Origin: an uncultured virus (IMG/VR IMGVR_UViG_3300032323_004022)
Taxonomy: Duplodnaviria > Heunggongvirae > Uroviricota > Caudoviricetes
IMG/VR virus record: IMGVR_UViG_3300032323_004022
Direction: 5' to 3' (one strand)
Length of the DNA stretch: 64,000 bases
Below the pieces are notes generated by a model. It ran no database searches and was not told the origin of the DNA. It was given only the letters and a program-made list of their open reading frames with translations. The translations under genes were made by a program, and so were the position numbers. Below are positions 1-11,600 of the stretch, in pieces (within the stretch, counting starts at the first letter, position 1; every line of letters begins with the position of its first letter).

Positions 1-2
1 TA

Positions 3-3000
3 GGTAATACATTAATAAGTAAATTGCACTTAATTAAGGGAAAACTCGATGATAATTTAGTAACAGAGCTGAAGAATAGAAATAATATAATTACTTATTT
101 TGAAAGCAAAAGTGAACTGGATGAAAGTGTTCCAAAACAAAGACCAGCTATAATCACATGCAAAAATGAAAGTTATGACGGCAGTGTTATCATAGCTTAT
201 GATAATGGAAAGTGCGCAATAGAGGTAGTTTTATTAAATCCATTTTTTAACATTATAGGAACTAGAAAATTTGATATAGAGTGTATTAATGATTCTGGAT
301 CAGATTCAATTGACACAAACGGACAAGATAAACCCCCAATAGCCGATATTCAAGCAAATCCTACAAGTGGGCAATCAGAATTAAAAGTTGATTTTCTTTC
401 AACAAATTCATATGATCCTAATGGAAGCATACTTACTTATGCTTGGGACTTTGGTGATGGAAATAAATCTACTGAAGAAAACCCGTCACATATTTTTGTA
501 AATAATACTACAAATCCAATTGATTTTAAAGTCACTCTTATTGTGACAAATTCAAATGGTTTAAAGAGTGATCCAGTATCTGTTACAATTACTGTAAATC
601 CAGCTCCAGTAAACAACCTTTCACCACAAGCTAAATTTTCTGCAACCCCTACCTCTGGTGATGTTATTCTGACTGTAACATTTACTGATCAATCTACTGC
701 AGCAAATGATGATTCATTTATTACAGATTATCAATGGGATTTTGGAGATGGTGAATCAGTTATAAAATTTGATAAAAATCCATTTACTTATGATTACACA
801 AGAAGCGGATCGTTTGTTCCAAAATTATTTGTCAAGGATAATTTGGCAAGATTGTCTAGTACATTTATTGGACCAACAATAAATGTCAATGGTGTTGTTA
901 ATAACCCTCCATCACCAAGTTTTCAGTGGGTCCAGACATCATTTACACCTTCATTAAAAGTACAATTCACTGATACTTCAAGTGATGACGAGGGCCCATT
1001 AGTTGCTTGGAATTGGAACTTTGGAGACAATGAAACATCTGACGTTCAAAATCCAGAACACATTTATGCAGATCCTGGCAAATATAAAGTGGTTCTGACT
1101 ATTACTGATTCTGGAGGACTTCAAGTATCAGGAACAATTGAAATTACAGTTTTGCCTCCAGGAAATAATCCGCCCATTGCAAACTTTAATTATTCTCAAC
1201 AAAACAGAAAATTAGTAGTTGATTTTACAGATACTTCTACTGATACTGATGGAACAATTGTTTCTTGGAACTGGGATTTTGGTGATACTTCTTCAGATAG
1301 TTTACAAAATCCATCTCACACTTATGCATTTTCTGGAACATATGAAGTTACATTAAAAGTTACAGATAATGGTGGAAAGTCAAGTTTCATCACAAAAAAT
1401 GTTACTGTAAATCCACTTGTTAATCAAGCTCCGATTATTTTAAATATCACAGGTAATCAAACAAGCTTCAAACCATTAGTTGTTAAATTTACTGAAAATT
1501 CTTCTGACTCTGATGGATTTATAACTCAGTGGAATTGGAGTTTTGGCGACAGTAATACATTTTCAACAACTGATCCAGCCTTTAAAAATCCAACAAATAC
1601 TTATCAAAATCCGGGTACATATACTGTCACCCTAACTGTTACTGATGATGGTTTGCCTGATGGAACAAACAAGAAAACTGCAACATCTTTTATTAGATTT
1701 ACTGTTGCTCCGCCACCAGCAAATCAGCCACCTGTAGCTTTATTTACAGTTGATTCCAATAATGTATTGGCACCAGCTACAATTATCTTCACTGATGCAT
1801 CCACTGATGCCGATGGAAAAATAGTAAGTTGGCTTTGGGAATTTGAAACAGGAAGTTCTTTATTTTACAATGCTCAAACCTATCAAAAAACTGTATCTCA
1901 CACTTTTACTAAATCAGGCACATATTCTGTAAAGCTAACAGTTACAGATGACGGCAATTTAAAAAATACATATGTTTTGGATATTATTGTTAAGAACAAT
2001 GCTCCATTAGCAATACTTACGGCTTCTCCAAATCCAGCTCTATCTCAAACACAAGTATCATTCTTTGGGAATACTTCATATGACATTGATGGAACTATTG
2101 TCAAATATACTTGGGATTTTGGTGATACTACAATTATATCCCAAGGAAAAACTGTAGAATCTCATACATATGCCAAGCCAGGAACATATAAAGCTTCACT
2201 CACAGTTACTGATAATTTAGGTGATAGTTCAACTGCTAATTTATTTATCAATGTTACCAACAGAAATCCTATAGCAAGAATTACTTACACTACATTGACT
2301 GTTAAGGCACCAGGAAGTTTGACATTCAATGGAGATACCTCATCAGATATTGATGGAACAATAGCGTCTTATAGTTGGAGTGTATCTGGATCAGTTGTTG
2401 CTTCAGCTCCTAACGCAACAATCAACTTTACAACTCAAGGTACATATATAGTATCTCTTACTGTGACTGATGATTTTGGTGCTACAAATACTGCCAACGT
2501 CACAGTTAACGTTTCTGCTCCTGATAATATTCTTCCAATTGCTATCTTAAATGTTGATAAAAATTCAGGAGTAATAAATGACACTTTTGTTTTTGATGTA
2601 ACAAGTTCTAGAGATCCAGATGGTTCTATCATTCTTTATAGATTAGATTTTGGAGATGGAACTTCTACACAATTTGTCAATCCTGCTTCTATTTCTCATG
2701 TTTATAAAACTGTTGGTGTTTTCACTGCAAAATTAATTGTCACTGATAATAGAAATGGTGTCAGCCTAGAAACTGCAAATTCTATTCAAAAAATTTCAAT
2801 TAATAATCAACCACCAAAAGCTAGTTTTTCTTTTAGTTCTATAAATGCATTTACTTTTGATCCAATTACATTTACTGACAATTCAAGTGATCCTGAAAAT
2901 TCTTTAGCTAGATGGTCTTGGGATTTTGGAGATGGCACTAACTTTACTACAACTGATCCACTGCAAAAAAATCCTACAAAATCTTACAGTGATGGTAATA

Positions 3001-5519
3001 GAAACTACACTGTGACTCTTACTGTATATGACAATTTTGGATTGTTTGATTCTGTATCTCAAATTGTATTTATAGAGAACAGAAGACCATTTGCAGTCAT
3101 ATCAACAAGTAGCATTCCTGTAAATAATGTAATCTCTGGAACTGCACCATTTACAGTAACATTTGATTCTAATTCTTATGATCTCGATGGAACAGTTGTA
3201 AATTATGAGTGGTATATAAACGGATTATTAGGAACACCTTTTAGGACTAAATCTTTCACTTACACTTTCAATACAGCAAGATTTATTCCATATTCTGTTA
3301 CACTAAAAGTTCAAGATGACGATGGTGCTTTTAGCGATTTAGCCAATATTGGTGTAAAAGTAAATGCTCCAAATAATCCACCTGTTGCAGTTATATCAGC
3401 AAACCCTCAATCAAACTCAAGCTTTGCACCAGTGTCTGTAACTTTTTCAGCTGCTGGAAGTTACGATCCTGATAATATTGGTGGACCCCTTATTTATGCT
3501 TGGGATTTTGGTAATGGCAGTTTTTCTGATCAAGTTAATGCAGTAACTGTTTACACAAAGCCTGGAACTTATAAAGTTTCTCTTACTGTCACAGACAATT
3601 TAGCTGCAACGAACACCGCAACTTTAGACTACATTGTCAAAAACAATAAGCCTGTAGCATTATTGGACACAGTGCCTTCAGGAATTACACAAGTTGAAAT
3701 TAATAATTCAATTTCCTTTACATCTCAAGGAAGTTATGATAATGACACAAATCAGTTTATTAATGGATATAAATGGTTAGTTGATGGTGTAAATCAAAAT
3801 TCTAACACACCAATACTAACTACATCTTTTAGCACAATTGGTAATCATAATGTCACTCTTTCAGTTTTTGATAACTTGGGATTAGAATCTGATACCGTAT
3901 CTAAAACAATATATGTAATTTCAACAACACCTCCTCCACCCAATAATAATAATCCAATAGCAATACTTGGAAATGAACCAACTGTCACAGGTTATATCGA
4001 GCTCAAAGTAGGAGATAGTTATACTTTTGATGGCACTAATTCTTATGATTTAGAGGATGGATCTAATATCACATTTGAATGGTCAATTGATGGTGTCAAA
4101 TCTGGATATAATTCAACTTTTTCAAACCAATTTAATACAGTTGGAATATTTACAGTAAACTTAGTTGTTTTTGATACACAGAGATTATCTTCATCCCCTT
4201 CTACAAATTTAGGAAATAGATATACTGTTGACGTAAATGTTTCTGCTGCTCCTAATCCTTTATCTAATAAATTGTTTTCTACAGGTCAGGCATTATACGG
4301 GGCAATTGCAAGTGGATCAAATACACCTGATAGATACGGTTTTGAATTAGTTGATGACAAGAAACAATATACTGTTATTGAAGCTGGTCTTTATCATACC
4401 TTTGTAGTTGATGCAGATGGAAAACTTTATGCAAGTGGATCTAATAGTCATGGTCAGCTTGGTTTTCCATCAAATGTTACTCAATTAAATTCTCTAACAT
4501 TAGTACCTTTGGCATCCAAGTATAAAGTCTTAAGAGTATCTGCTGGCGATCTTTGTTCAGCTATAATCGCACAAGATACATTAATAGGAAAAAGAGTTTT
4601 GTTGGTGTGTGGTTCTAATACGAATGGAATTTTTGGACAAGCTTTACCAAAAACAAATATATATAATTTTCAGCCTATACTTGAGAGAGCTAATAATTTT
4701 AGTGGAGCAAGTTATACTTCTAATAATGGTTTACTTGATGTATCTTGCAATTCATATATTCTTGCCTTCACTGACAATAACCAAGTTTGGGTAGCAGGAA
4801 GTCACAGATATACTAATAAAACTGGAATTATTGACACTGGATTTTTCCCAATCAATATTGATCCAAACCCGGATTTACAACTTGGAAGTACAAATTATTT
4901 AAATCCATTTAAGTTAGAAGTTGGATTTAATAATGAATCAGGATTCGTTACTGGACTTTCTTATGATATCAATAATCAGATTGTATGGTTTACAGGATTA
5001 TCAAGTTTGAGGGGTTGGGGTTATGCTTATGATATTTCAACATTTGCAAATGAAATTATAATCATTTCTGCTAGTACTGATCTTTATTGGGACCACGCTA
5101 TAGTCCTATATGGTTTTACGAATACAGAAACTCCACAGTATAATTACAGCCCAGGATTAGCTTCTGATAGAAATCCAGGAGAAACTTACTTAAGGGTTTC
5201 TACTGGTAGATTCGGGTACCTGGCATTGTCTGAAACTGCTTTTTATGCCTACGGAAGCAACTTTTATGGTGCTTTAGGTATTGCTCAATCATACACAAAT
5301 TCTTATAATTGGAACATTCAACAAGGTTTACCACCTTTTACATTACTACAGATGTTTGGAGTTGTAGGTGCTTCTGACATATCAGCTGGTGGAGATCATT
5401 CAATTGTTTTAGCATCTAATATAAAACCATCTGGATATTCTTTCACTATTATCAACTCTAGTGGATATCCTTATATTGATATTTTGACTCAATATCCAGT
5501 TACTCAAATACAACAGTAA
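3..5519 (+). CDS. Giant PKD-repeat protein (about 14 PKD/Ig-like domains) with C-terminal RCC1/BLIP-II-like beta-propeller; probable virion adhesin. Possibly 5'-truncated by the window edge
   Basis: Repeated WDFGDG-type cores with 'GTY.V.LTVTD' strands. RCC1-like motifs IEAGLYHTFVVDADGKLYASGSNSHGQLG and DISAGGDHSIVL. The frame is open from position 3 with no stop before the TTG at 24. Confidence 0.85.
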   Translation, partial: GNTLISKLHLIKGKLDDNLVTELKNRNNIITYFESKSELDESVPKQRPAIITCKNESYDGSVIIAYDNGKCAIEVVLLNPFFNIIGTRKFDIECINDSGSDSIDTNGQDKPPIADIQANPTSGQSELKVDFLSTNSYDPNGSILTYAWDFGDGNKSTEENPSHIFVNNTTNPIDFKVTLIVTNSNGLKSDPVSVTITVNPAPVNNLSPQAKFSATPTSGDVILTVTFTDQSTAANDDSFITDYQWDFGDGESVIKFDKNPFTYDYTRSGSFVPKLFVKDNLARLSSTFIGPTINVNGVVNNPPSPSFQWVQTSFTPSLKVQFTDTSSDDEGPLVAWNWNFGDNETSDVQNPEHIYADPGKYKVVLTITDSGGLQVSGTIEITVLPPGNNPPIANFNYSQQNRKLVVDFTDTSTDTDGTIVSWNWDFGDTSSDSLQNPSHTYAFSGTYEVTLKVTDNGGKSSFITKNVTVNPLVNQAPIILNITGNQTSFKPLVVKFTENSSDSDGFITQWNWSFGDSNTFSTTDPAFKNPTNTYQNPGTYTVTLTVTDDGLPDGTNKKTATSFIRFTVAPPPANQPPVALFTVDSNNVLAPATIIFTDASTDADGKIVSWLWEFETGSSLFYNAQTYQKTVSHTFTKSGTYSVKLTVTDDGNLKNTYVLDIIVKNNAPLAILTASPNPALSQTQVSFFGNTSYDIDGTIVKYTWDFGDTTIISQGKTVESHTYAKPGTYKASLTVTDNLGDSSTANLFINVTNRNPIARITYTTLTVKAPGSLTFNGDTSSDIDGTIASYSWSVSGSVVASAPNATINFTTQGTYIVSLTVTDDFGATNTANVTVNVSAPDNILPIAILNVDKNSGVINDTFVFDVTSSRDPDGSIILYRLDFGDGTSTQFVNPASISHVYKTVGVFTAKLIVTDNRNGVSLETANSIQKISINNQPPKASFSFSSINAFTFDPITFTDNSSDPENSLARWSWDFGDGTNFTTTDPLQKNPTKSYSDGNRNYTVTLTVYDNFGLFDSVSQIVFIENRRPFAVISTSSIPVNNVISGTAPFTVTFDSNSYDLDGTVVNYEWYINGLLGTPFRTKSFTYTFNTARFIPYSVTLKVQDDDGAFSDLANIGVKVNAPNNPPVAVISANPQSNSSFAPVSVTFSAAGSYDPDNIGGPLIYAWDFGNGSFSDQVNAVTVYTKPGTYKVSLTVTDNLAATNTATLDYIVKNNKPVALLDTVPSGITQVEINNSISFTSQGSYDNDTNQFINGYKWLVDGVNQNSNTPILTTSFSTIGNHNVTLSVFDNLGLESDTVSKTIYVISTTPPPPNNNNPIAILGNEPTVTGYIELKVGDSYTFDGTNSYDLEDGSNITFEWSIDGVKSGYNSTFSNQFNTVGIFTVNLVVFDTQRLSSSPSTNLGNRYTVDVNVSAAPNPLSNKLFSTGQALYGAIASGSNTPDRYGFELVDDKKQYTVIEAGLYHTFVVDADGKLYASGSNSHGQLGFPSNVTQLNSLTLVPLASKYKVLRVSAGDLCSAIIAQDTLIGKRVLLVCGSNTNGIFGQALPKTNIYNFQPILERANNFSGASYTSNNGLLDVSCNSYILAFTDNNQVWVAGSHRYTNKTGIIDTGFFPINIDPNPDLQLGSTNYLNPFKLEVGFNNESGFVTGLSYDINNQIVWFTGLSSLRGWGYAYDISTFANEIIIISASTDLYWDHAIVLYGFTNTETPQYNYSPGLASDRNPGETYLRVSTGRFGYLALSETAFYAYGSNFYGALGIAQSYTNSYNWNIQQGLPPFTLLQMFGVVGASDISAGGDHSIVLASNIKPSGYSFTIINSSGYPYIDILTQYPVTQIQQ

Positions 5520-5554
5520 AGGTATAAACCTACTTTATTTTTTATAATATTAAT

Positions 5555-8440
5555 ATGAACCTTTCCCCAGATCCACGGCAATTACGAACTAGAGTTTTCT
5601 TGAGCATTATGAGTGCACCTGAAAGTGGATTTTTTTCGGGAGAGTATACTGCTAATACTTCAACAAAGTCCCAAGACAACTTAAATGTTTTGAATTATGA
5701 CTTTGGAGCTAGATATGGCTTTGATGGAGTAGATCAACCAAAGTATAGTGGAAGATTACAAGTAATAAATTCATTTCAAAATGCTAGAATTCCAGAAGTA
5801 AATACAGCCTTAAGTGCTTCATCATGTACTTTTGCCTTTGGAGGTATTGAGCCTGGTAAACCAGATCCAGTGCTTGATCTTCTGCAAGGACCTTTAGATA
5901 ATTACACTCCGAATTTTATCGATGATGCGAAGCAGTCTCAAGTTACTGCTCCGTCAGAAAATTACGCCCCAAATGAACAATTACCATACACACCAAAAAT
6001 ACCATTCAAAGCAACTGCAACAGCTACTAATAAATTAACTACATACAACATTTGGAATATCGTTGGTGGAAAAACAGATGCTATTAGATTCATAGGTCCT
6101 GTAAGTCAAGGTAATTCTGTAGGCACTTTGCGAACTATCAAAGATCCAAGTGGTGGTGCTCAAGTTGAAGTTACTTCAGAAAGAACAAATACTTCTATAA
6201 AAAGAATTTTTACTACTAACCTTGATGCTGTTTATCAAGATGGAGCTAAAATTTTTAATCCTGATGGAACAGAAGAAGTTATTAGAGCTCGTGGTAAAAA
6301 TGGCAATAATGGATTTCACATCAATTTTTCAGCGAGCAATATGCAAACTGATAAATCTGCCTTAAGGATAAGAATCAGGCCAAAAGTAGCAAATAATAAT
6401 TATATAAATGATTTTTATATTGAGTTTAAAATAGACAAAAAACCAGTACTATTTTTGTTTGACCCTCGAACAAATACTTATATACAACAATCAGATTTAG
6501 TTGCTCCTGTATTGGATCAATCAAATATGAAGTCTTACAATGTGTTTGTTCACTTTGTTGGACCAAGTTTATTATTAGGATTTACTCCTGATATATCTCG
6601 ATGGAACACAATTATAGGATTTGGAGGCAAAGAAATTTTTTGTGGACCAGAGACTGACATTTTCATCGATATTTCAAATTTAAATTTAAAATTTAGATAC
6701 TCTGCAATAATATTTAATAATTTCAATCCAACACAGCTCAGAAATGCTACTAAAAATCATATAATTGCTGAATTTAAATATTCGAAAAAGAAAATTCCTG
6801 ATCCATCAATACTATTGGGAGCTGTTTACAATAGTTTTGAAGCAGCTTCGTATCGTAAAAATGATAATCCTAATAGAAATGGTTTCAATGCAATAAATCC
6901 CATAGATAAAAATATTTCATATTTTGCTGATTTAAGATTAGATGGTGAACAATTTGTAAAACCTTTTCCTTATTCCAGATCTACATATATAAATGCAGAT
7001 CCAGACATTAATACTTTACTTTTCAAAGTTATATATAACACTACAATAGAAGGTCCAGCTTTTTTGCAAGTTGAAGTTCCACACCCTGCTATTTTGGCAG
7101 CTAATGGTGCAGCAAACATTAAGGGTGGAAATATTGGTGTTGATGACTATAAATTTTTGAAACCTGATCTTGGAGAGCTTTTTATAAGTGTAGGAGATAT
7201 TACACAATGGGTTGAAGGTTGGAATGTCAGTTGTTCAAACGAATTGAGTAATTTTTCTTATATAAAAAAGTCTGCTTCTATTACATTGAGAAATTTTGAC
7301 ACTACTGATGGTCAAAAATATATAGATGCAATTGAAAATAATTTGTTAGTTGTGACTATTGAAGCTGGATATAGCGAGATGGATTTAAAGCCATTCTTCC
7401 AAGGATTTATTACTAGTACGACATACACCAGAAGCGGAAATGAAAGCTCATTTTCATTATCCTGTACAGATGTAGGAAGTTATTTATTAGACAACCTTGT
7501 CTTTGACAAAAATATGCTTATAGCTGGTATGAGACACGATTTAGCTATTGACGCAATGATGGCTTGTTCTGGTTTTTGGAACTATTATTTTAGAAAAAAT
7601 GATGGAATTGATGGTATAGACTTAAGATTAAATAACGAATCAACAAACAACAATGATCTTATAAAATTGAATCCTACAGATACTATTTCTTCAAAATTAA
7701 AATTATTATTAGCTAGATTAACTACACCTTTCTTCTTACCAACATTTAGATGGGCTGAAAAATATGGATTTATTTTAGAATCAAGAAATAATTTTGAGGA
7801 CAAAGATCTTAAGTTTACAGGACTAAACGCAAATGGTAATGGATATTTGATGTCAAGTAATGCATTAAATACAACTAATTTTGTAGAAAATTATAAAAGT
7901 AATATTCACGGACTTCTAACAGGTAACTACACTATATCAACAGATATGAGTAATTTGACTGCAGGATTGAGGGTTTTTGGTATATCTATTACAGGTTTTT
8001 TAGCAAGAGAAGTTTACAACCCTGAAGCAGTGCAATTACCAATAGGTGCACAATTAAATATATTGGATTACTTATCAGCAGTTCCAAAATCAGGATCAGT
8101 TTTGGGATCAACACCACAAGTACCTTTTGTAGGTTTTAAAAAATGGTGGATTGAATCTATGATGAGGAACACAATACCAGATGAAACTGTTCTTACTCAA
8201 ATTACAAATCATTTCAATCAAATTAGACAAACTCCAGTAAGTTCAATTGGCTTTCAATGTTATGTATCAAAGCCCCTAAATTTTCACGGGAAGTTTTATA
8301 TAAATGTTTTGTCTGGAACATCTAATGCTCAAACAGACAAATATATTTATAGCTCAATTGATTATAACTATAATAAATTAGAGAACTATATAACTGCAGA
8401 TATCAAAGGATTCAATTTACCTCTACTAGGAAGGACATAA
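5555..8440 (+). CDS. Putative baseplate hub / tail-tip protein (C-terminal half resembles gpD/late-control-D hub proteins)
   Basis: 961 aa. Segment VTIEAGYSEMDLKPFFQGFITSTTYTRSGNESSFSLSCTD matches the 'I.AGY...F.G.I.....I.C.D' pattern of hub proteins. Structural-gene context. Confidence 0.55.
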   Translation: MNLSPDPRQLRTRVFLSIMSAPESGFFSGEYTANTSTKSQDNLNVLNYDFGARYGFDGVDQPKYSGRLQVINSFQNARIPEVNTALSASSCTFAFGGIEPGKPDPVLDLLQGPLDNYTPNFIDDAKQSQVTAPSENYAPNEQLPYTPKIPFKATATATNKLTTYNIWNIVGGKTDAIRFIGPVSQGNSVGTLRTIKDPSGGAQVEVTSERTNTSIKRIFTTNLDAVYQDGAKIFNPDGTEEVIRARGKNGNNGFHINFSASNMQTDKSALRIRIRPKVANNNYINDFYIEFKIDKKPVLFLFDPRTNTYIQQSDLVAPVLDQSNMKSYNVFVHFVGPSLLLGFTPDISRWNTIIGFGGKEIFCGPETDIFIDISNLNLKFRYSAIIFNNFNPTQLRNATKNHIIAEFKYSKKKIPDPSILLGAVYNSFEAASYRKNDNPNRNGFNAINPIDKNISYFADLRLDGEQFVKPFPYSRSTYINADPDINTLLFKVIYNTTIEGPAFLQVEVPHPAILAANGAANIKGGNIGVDDYKFLKPDLGELFISVGDITQWVEGWNVSCSNELSNFSYIKKSASITLRNFDTTDGQKYIDAIENNLLVVTIEAGYSEMDLKPFFQGFITSTTYTRSGNESSFSLSCTDVGSYLLDNLVFDKNMLIAGMRHDLAIDAMMACSGFWNYYFRKNDGIDGIDLRLNNESTNNNDLIKLNPTDTISSKLKLLLARLTTPFFLPTFRWAEKYGFILESRNNFEDKDLKFTGLNANGNGYLMSSNALNTTNFVENYKSNIHGLLTGNYTISTDMSNLTAGLRVFGISITGFLAREVYNPEAVQLPIGAQLNILDYLSAVPKSGSVLGSTPQVPFVGFKKWWIESMMRNTIPDETVLTQITNHFNQIRQTPVSSIGFQCYVSKPLNFHGKFYINVLSGTSNAQTDKYIYSSIDYNYNKLENYITADIKGFNLPLLGRT

Positions 8441-8444
8441 ACTC

Positions 8445-8672
8445 ATGCCAGTTTTTCAAACTCTTTCATTTGTAATCAATGAACAAATAAAGCAAAATCA
8501 AATAATTTTGAACAATGGTATCTCTTTAAGATCCAATGTGTCTCAACAATTACAAGTCGTCAATACAAATAAAAATAATATAACTAATGACATTGATGTT
8601 TTACGATGGGGTAATTCCAATTGGGGAATAGAAAAAGTAACATCAGAATATAAGCCACAAGAAACTAGATAA
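8445..8672 (+). CDS. Hypothetical small structural protein (75 aa)
   Basis: Fills the gap between two large genes; TAATG stop/start overlap with the next gene; WGxxxWG motif. Confidence 0.65.
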   Translation: MPVFQTLSFVINEQIKQNQIILNNGISLRSNVSQQLQVVNTNKNNITNDIDVLRWGNSNWGIEKVTSEYKPQETR

Positions 8673-11600
8673 TGGGAAATACGCCAATATATAGGTTTGG
8701 ATACATAGAGCCAAACCAAGATCTTTCAGAAAATATTGATTTAGATGAGCTTAGATTTAAGGCTATTGAAAATCAAATGTACAATTTGTATCAAATTTTC
8801 AAAAATGGAATTATAGAAGAAGATCCATCAGTTCCCTCTTGGCGTATTCAGACTTACTCAAACGAATTTAAATTAACAAAAATTACAATTACTTCTGGAA
8901 AAGGTTTTGTTTCCTATAAGGCTGGAAACACCATCACTTCTAAAGATGTAACATTACCAACTATTCCTAGCACTGTTGGAATTTCAAAAGTTTATGTATA
9001 TGCTTATGAAAATGCCAATACAGCAGTGACTGGAGATGTTGATTTTATTGCTTCATTAACTCAAATAAATGACACAGTAAATTATATTTCTCTAGGATAT
9101 CTTGAAATTAATGTAGCCAGTAATCTCATCAGCTTGTTTGAAACTAATAGACAAGACATAACTTTATTCTCAACGCTTTCATATCTTATTAAAAATCACA
9201 AACATATTGGCGGAACAGGTAATCCATCTCCAATAGATTTATCTTATGAAGTAAAGAATCAAATAACAAGCGAAAATATAAGTTCTGTTGATGCTGCAAA
9301 AATTACAACAGGAATTCTAGATTCATCAAGACTTCCAACTATTAGTCATACCAGTTTAGAAGATAAAGGTAATCTAACCCACGATCAATTAGAAACTGCT
9401 TTATTGGCTGTTGTAAACAATGATGCTAATGATAAGATGTCAGATCTTTCAATTGCTAACAGATTACAAATGTTGATAGCTTTGAAAAAATCCGGCGGAG
9501 TTGGGTTTACTTTTATTGATTCAACGCAAATAAATACCTTGACTTATGTTCCAGGCATTTATCCAAACACTTCAGCAAACTCTTCAACTGGAAATTCAGC
9601 TAATTTCAAACAAACCTCATCAGTACCAAGCCAATATACATTAGCAACAATCTATGATGCTGCTCCAAACGCATCAGGTTCAGGAATTAGCGGGTCTGTT
9701 ACATCAAGTAGTTTTGTGGGAGATAAATCATTTGTAGTACAGAATGATTTCTTGCAAGCCAAAACAGTAGCATCTTCCTTGGGATCTACTACCAATACTT
9801 TCTTTAACAATATTAGCATTTCAGGTTCAGCAACAACAGGTAGTTTCACAATAGATACTCCTTTAAACTATTTAACTCTATCACAGCCAGTTTCAAGCAT
9901 TTTTGACACCACTGGATCTTGGGATACTGGATTGGTTTTTACAACCTCTTATGCAGCTAACAAAGTCAAAGTAGACACAAGCTTATATGCTTACACACTT
10001 TTCAATCAACCAATTTCTTTAGACTTCGATTCTAAAGTTGGATTTGGTTTTTCTGCAGGTCTAGGAGAAACAGGAGCAGCATTAGGTAAAATTTACATGT
10101 TCTTGGTTGTTGGAAATGGAAATACAGATCCAGGACTCCAATATGATCAAAAAATTGATTTTGCTCCTAATACTGGAACTGGTTCATCTACAATTTATAT
10201 AACTCCAGCAACTAGTGTAAAGATATTTGATGACACAACTTATGGATATATAGGTTCAACAGCAACATATTCTTCTGTAAACTTATCTGATTTTGGCAAT
10301 AGTAGTTTAAAATCTTCTGTTCTTGGATTTGGTTTTTATTTTTCCACAGATCAAGGGTGGAATGCTGAGAAACAAACAAAATTCGAATTACTAACTCCAA
10401 CAGATGCGCAGATCAATGTATCGGGTAACGATGATAGTTTAGTGTTAGCAAGAAGAAATTCTACAGATCAAACTTCATCTGTTTTTGTTTGGAATGATAT
10501 ATACAGATATAAGAATGCTAACTTCTTAATGAGATTTGATTCTGGAGATTCAAACACTCAATACAATCAAATACAGTACAACATCGATATTCCTACAGGC
10601 ACGAAATATACTATCCAAAGTAGATCTAACGTTAATTCAGATTTATTCTATAATTTAAAAACTGTTTCTGAAACTGATGTAATTATTGCTACTCCAAATA
10701 TAAGTTCAAGTACTGGTAGATATTTTGATGTATTGTTCTCACTTTATTCCAATGAATTTCAAAGTTTAGCCCCTACAGTAAACAACTTAAGAATAAACTA
10801 TTCAACTGTTGGTAGCGCTACAACTAGAACCTATGATAGAAACCTCACCGATACTACAAATCAAAAGTTTGGTTGGGTTAGTGATGTTTATTATAATAAA
10901 AATGCTGGATATGGAAATACAAATCCAGACGACACAAATTATTTAAAAATTTATGACACTTCTAATGTGGGAAATTGGGTTTACTTAAGAAATAATAATT
11001 TGATATCTGCAGCAAGTAATGTTATTGAAACAACAGTAGAAGATGGAATTGATGCTGGAACTTTGAGAAATTATCTCACACCTAATCAAATTTTTCTAAA
11101 GTCTACAAATTATGGTTTGGATACTCCTACAGACTATCAATCTTTGTTCACTGGTGGAAATATTATTTGTGATAGTAAAAATGACAGAATTATAATGACT
11201 GATATTAATGGAGTCTTCACCAAAGTCATTCAAGGCAACATTAGGCTGAAACTCACTTCAAGAGATTTTGTTGCCCTTTCTGCTTCATTCAATCCTAGTA
11301 CAAGAAAAATCTTTATTGCTTTTTCACAAAATGTATCTTTTGTTGATTTGACAAAAATTTACATTACATATGACAACATTTCAGTAAGGGGAGATGACAC
11401 TAGGCTTTCTGGTGATTATTTAGAGCCAATTTTTGATTCTTCTGCGACATATGTTTTTACAATTAATGATACTGTGGAAGGTATAGCCTTAAACGCAGCA
11501 ATTAGCAATTCCTTGACTAAAAAGGTAAGACTTGATAAAGGTTGCTTCACAAATTCTGGAAATTCATTAAACACAAACTCTGCTTTGTCAGCTACTATTC

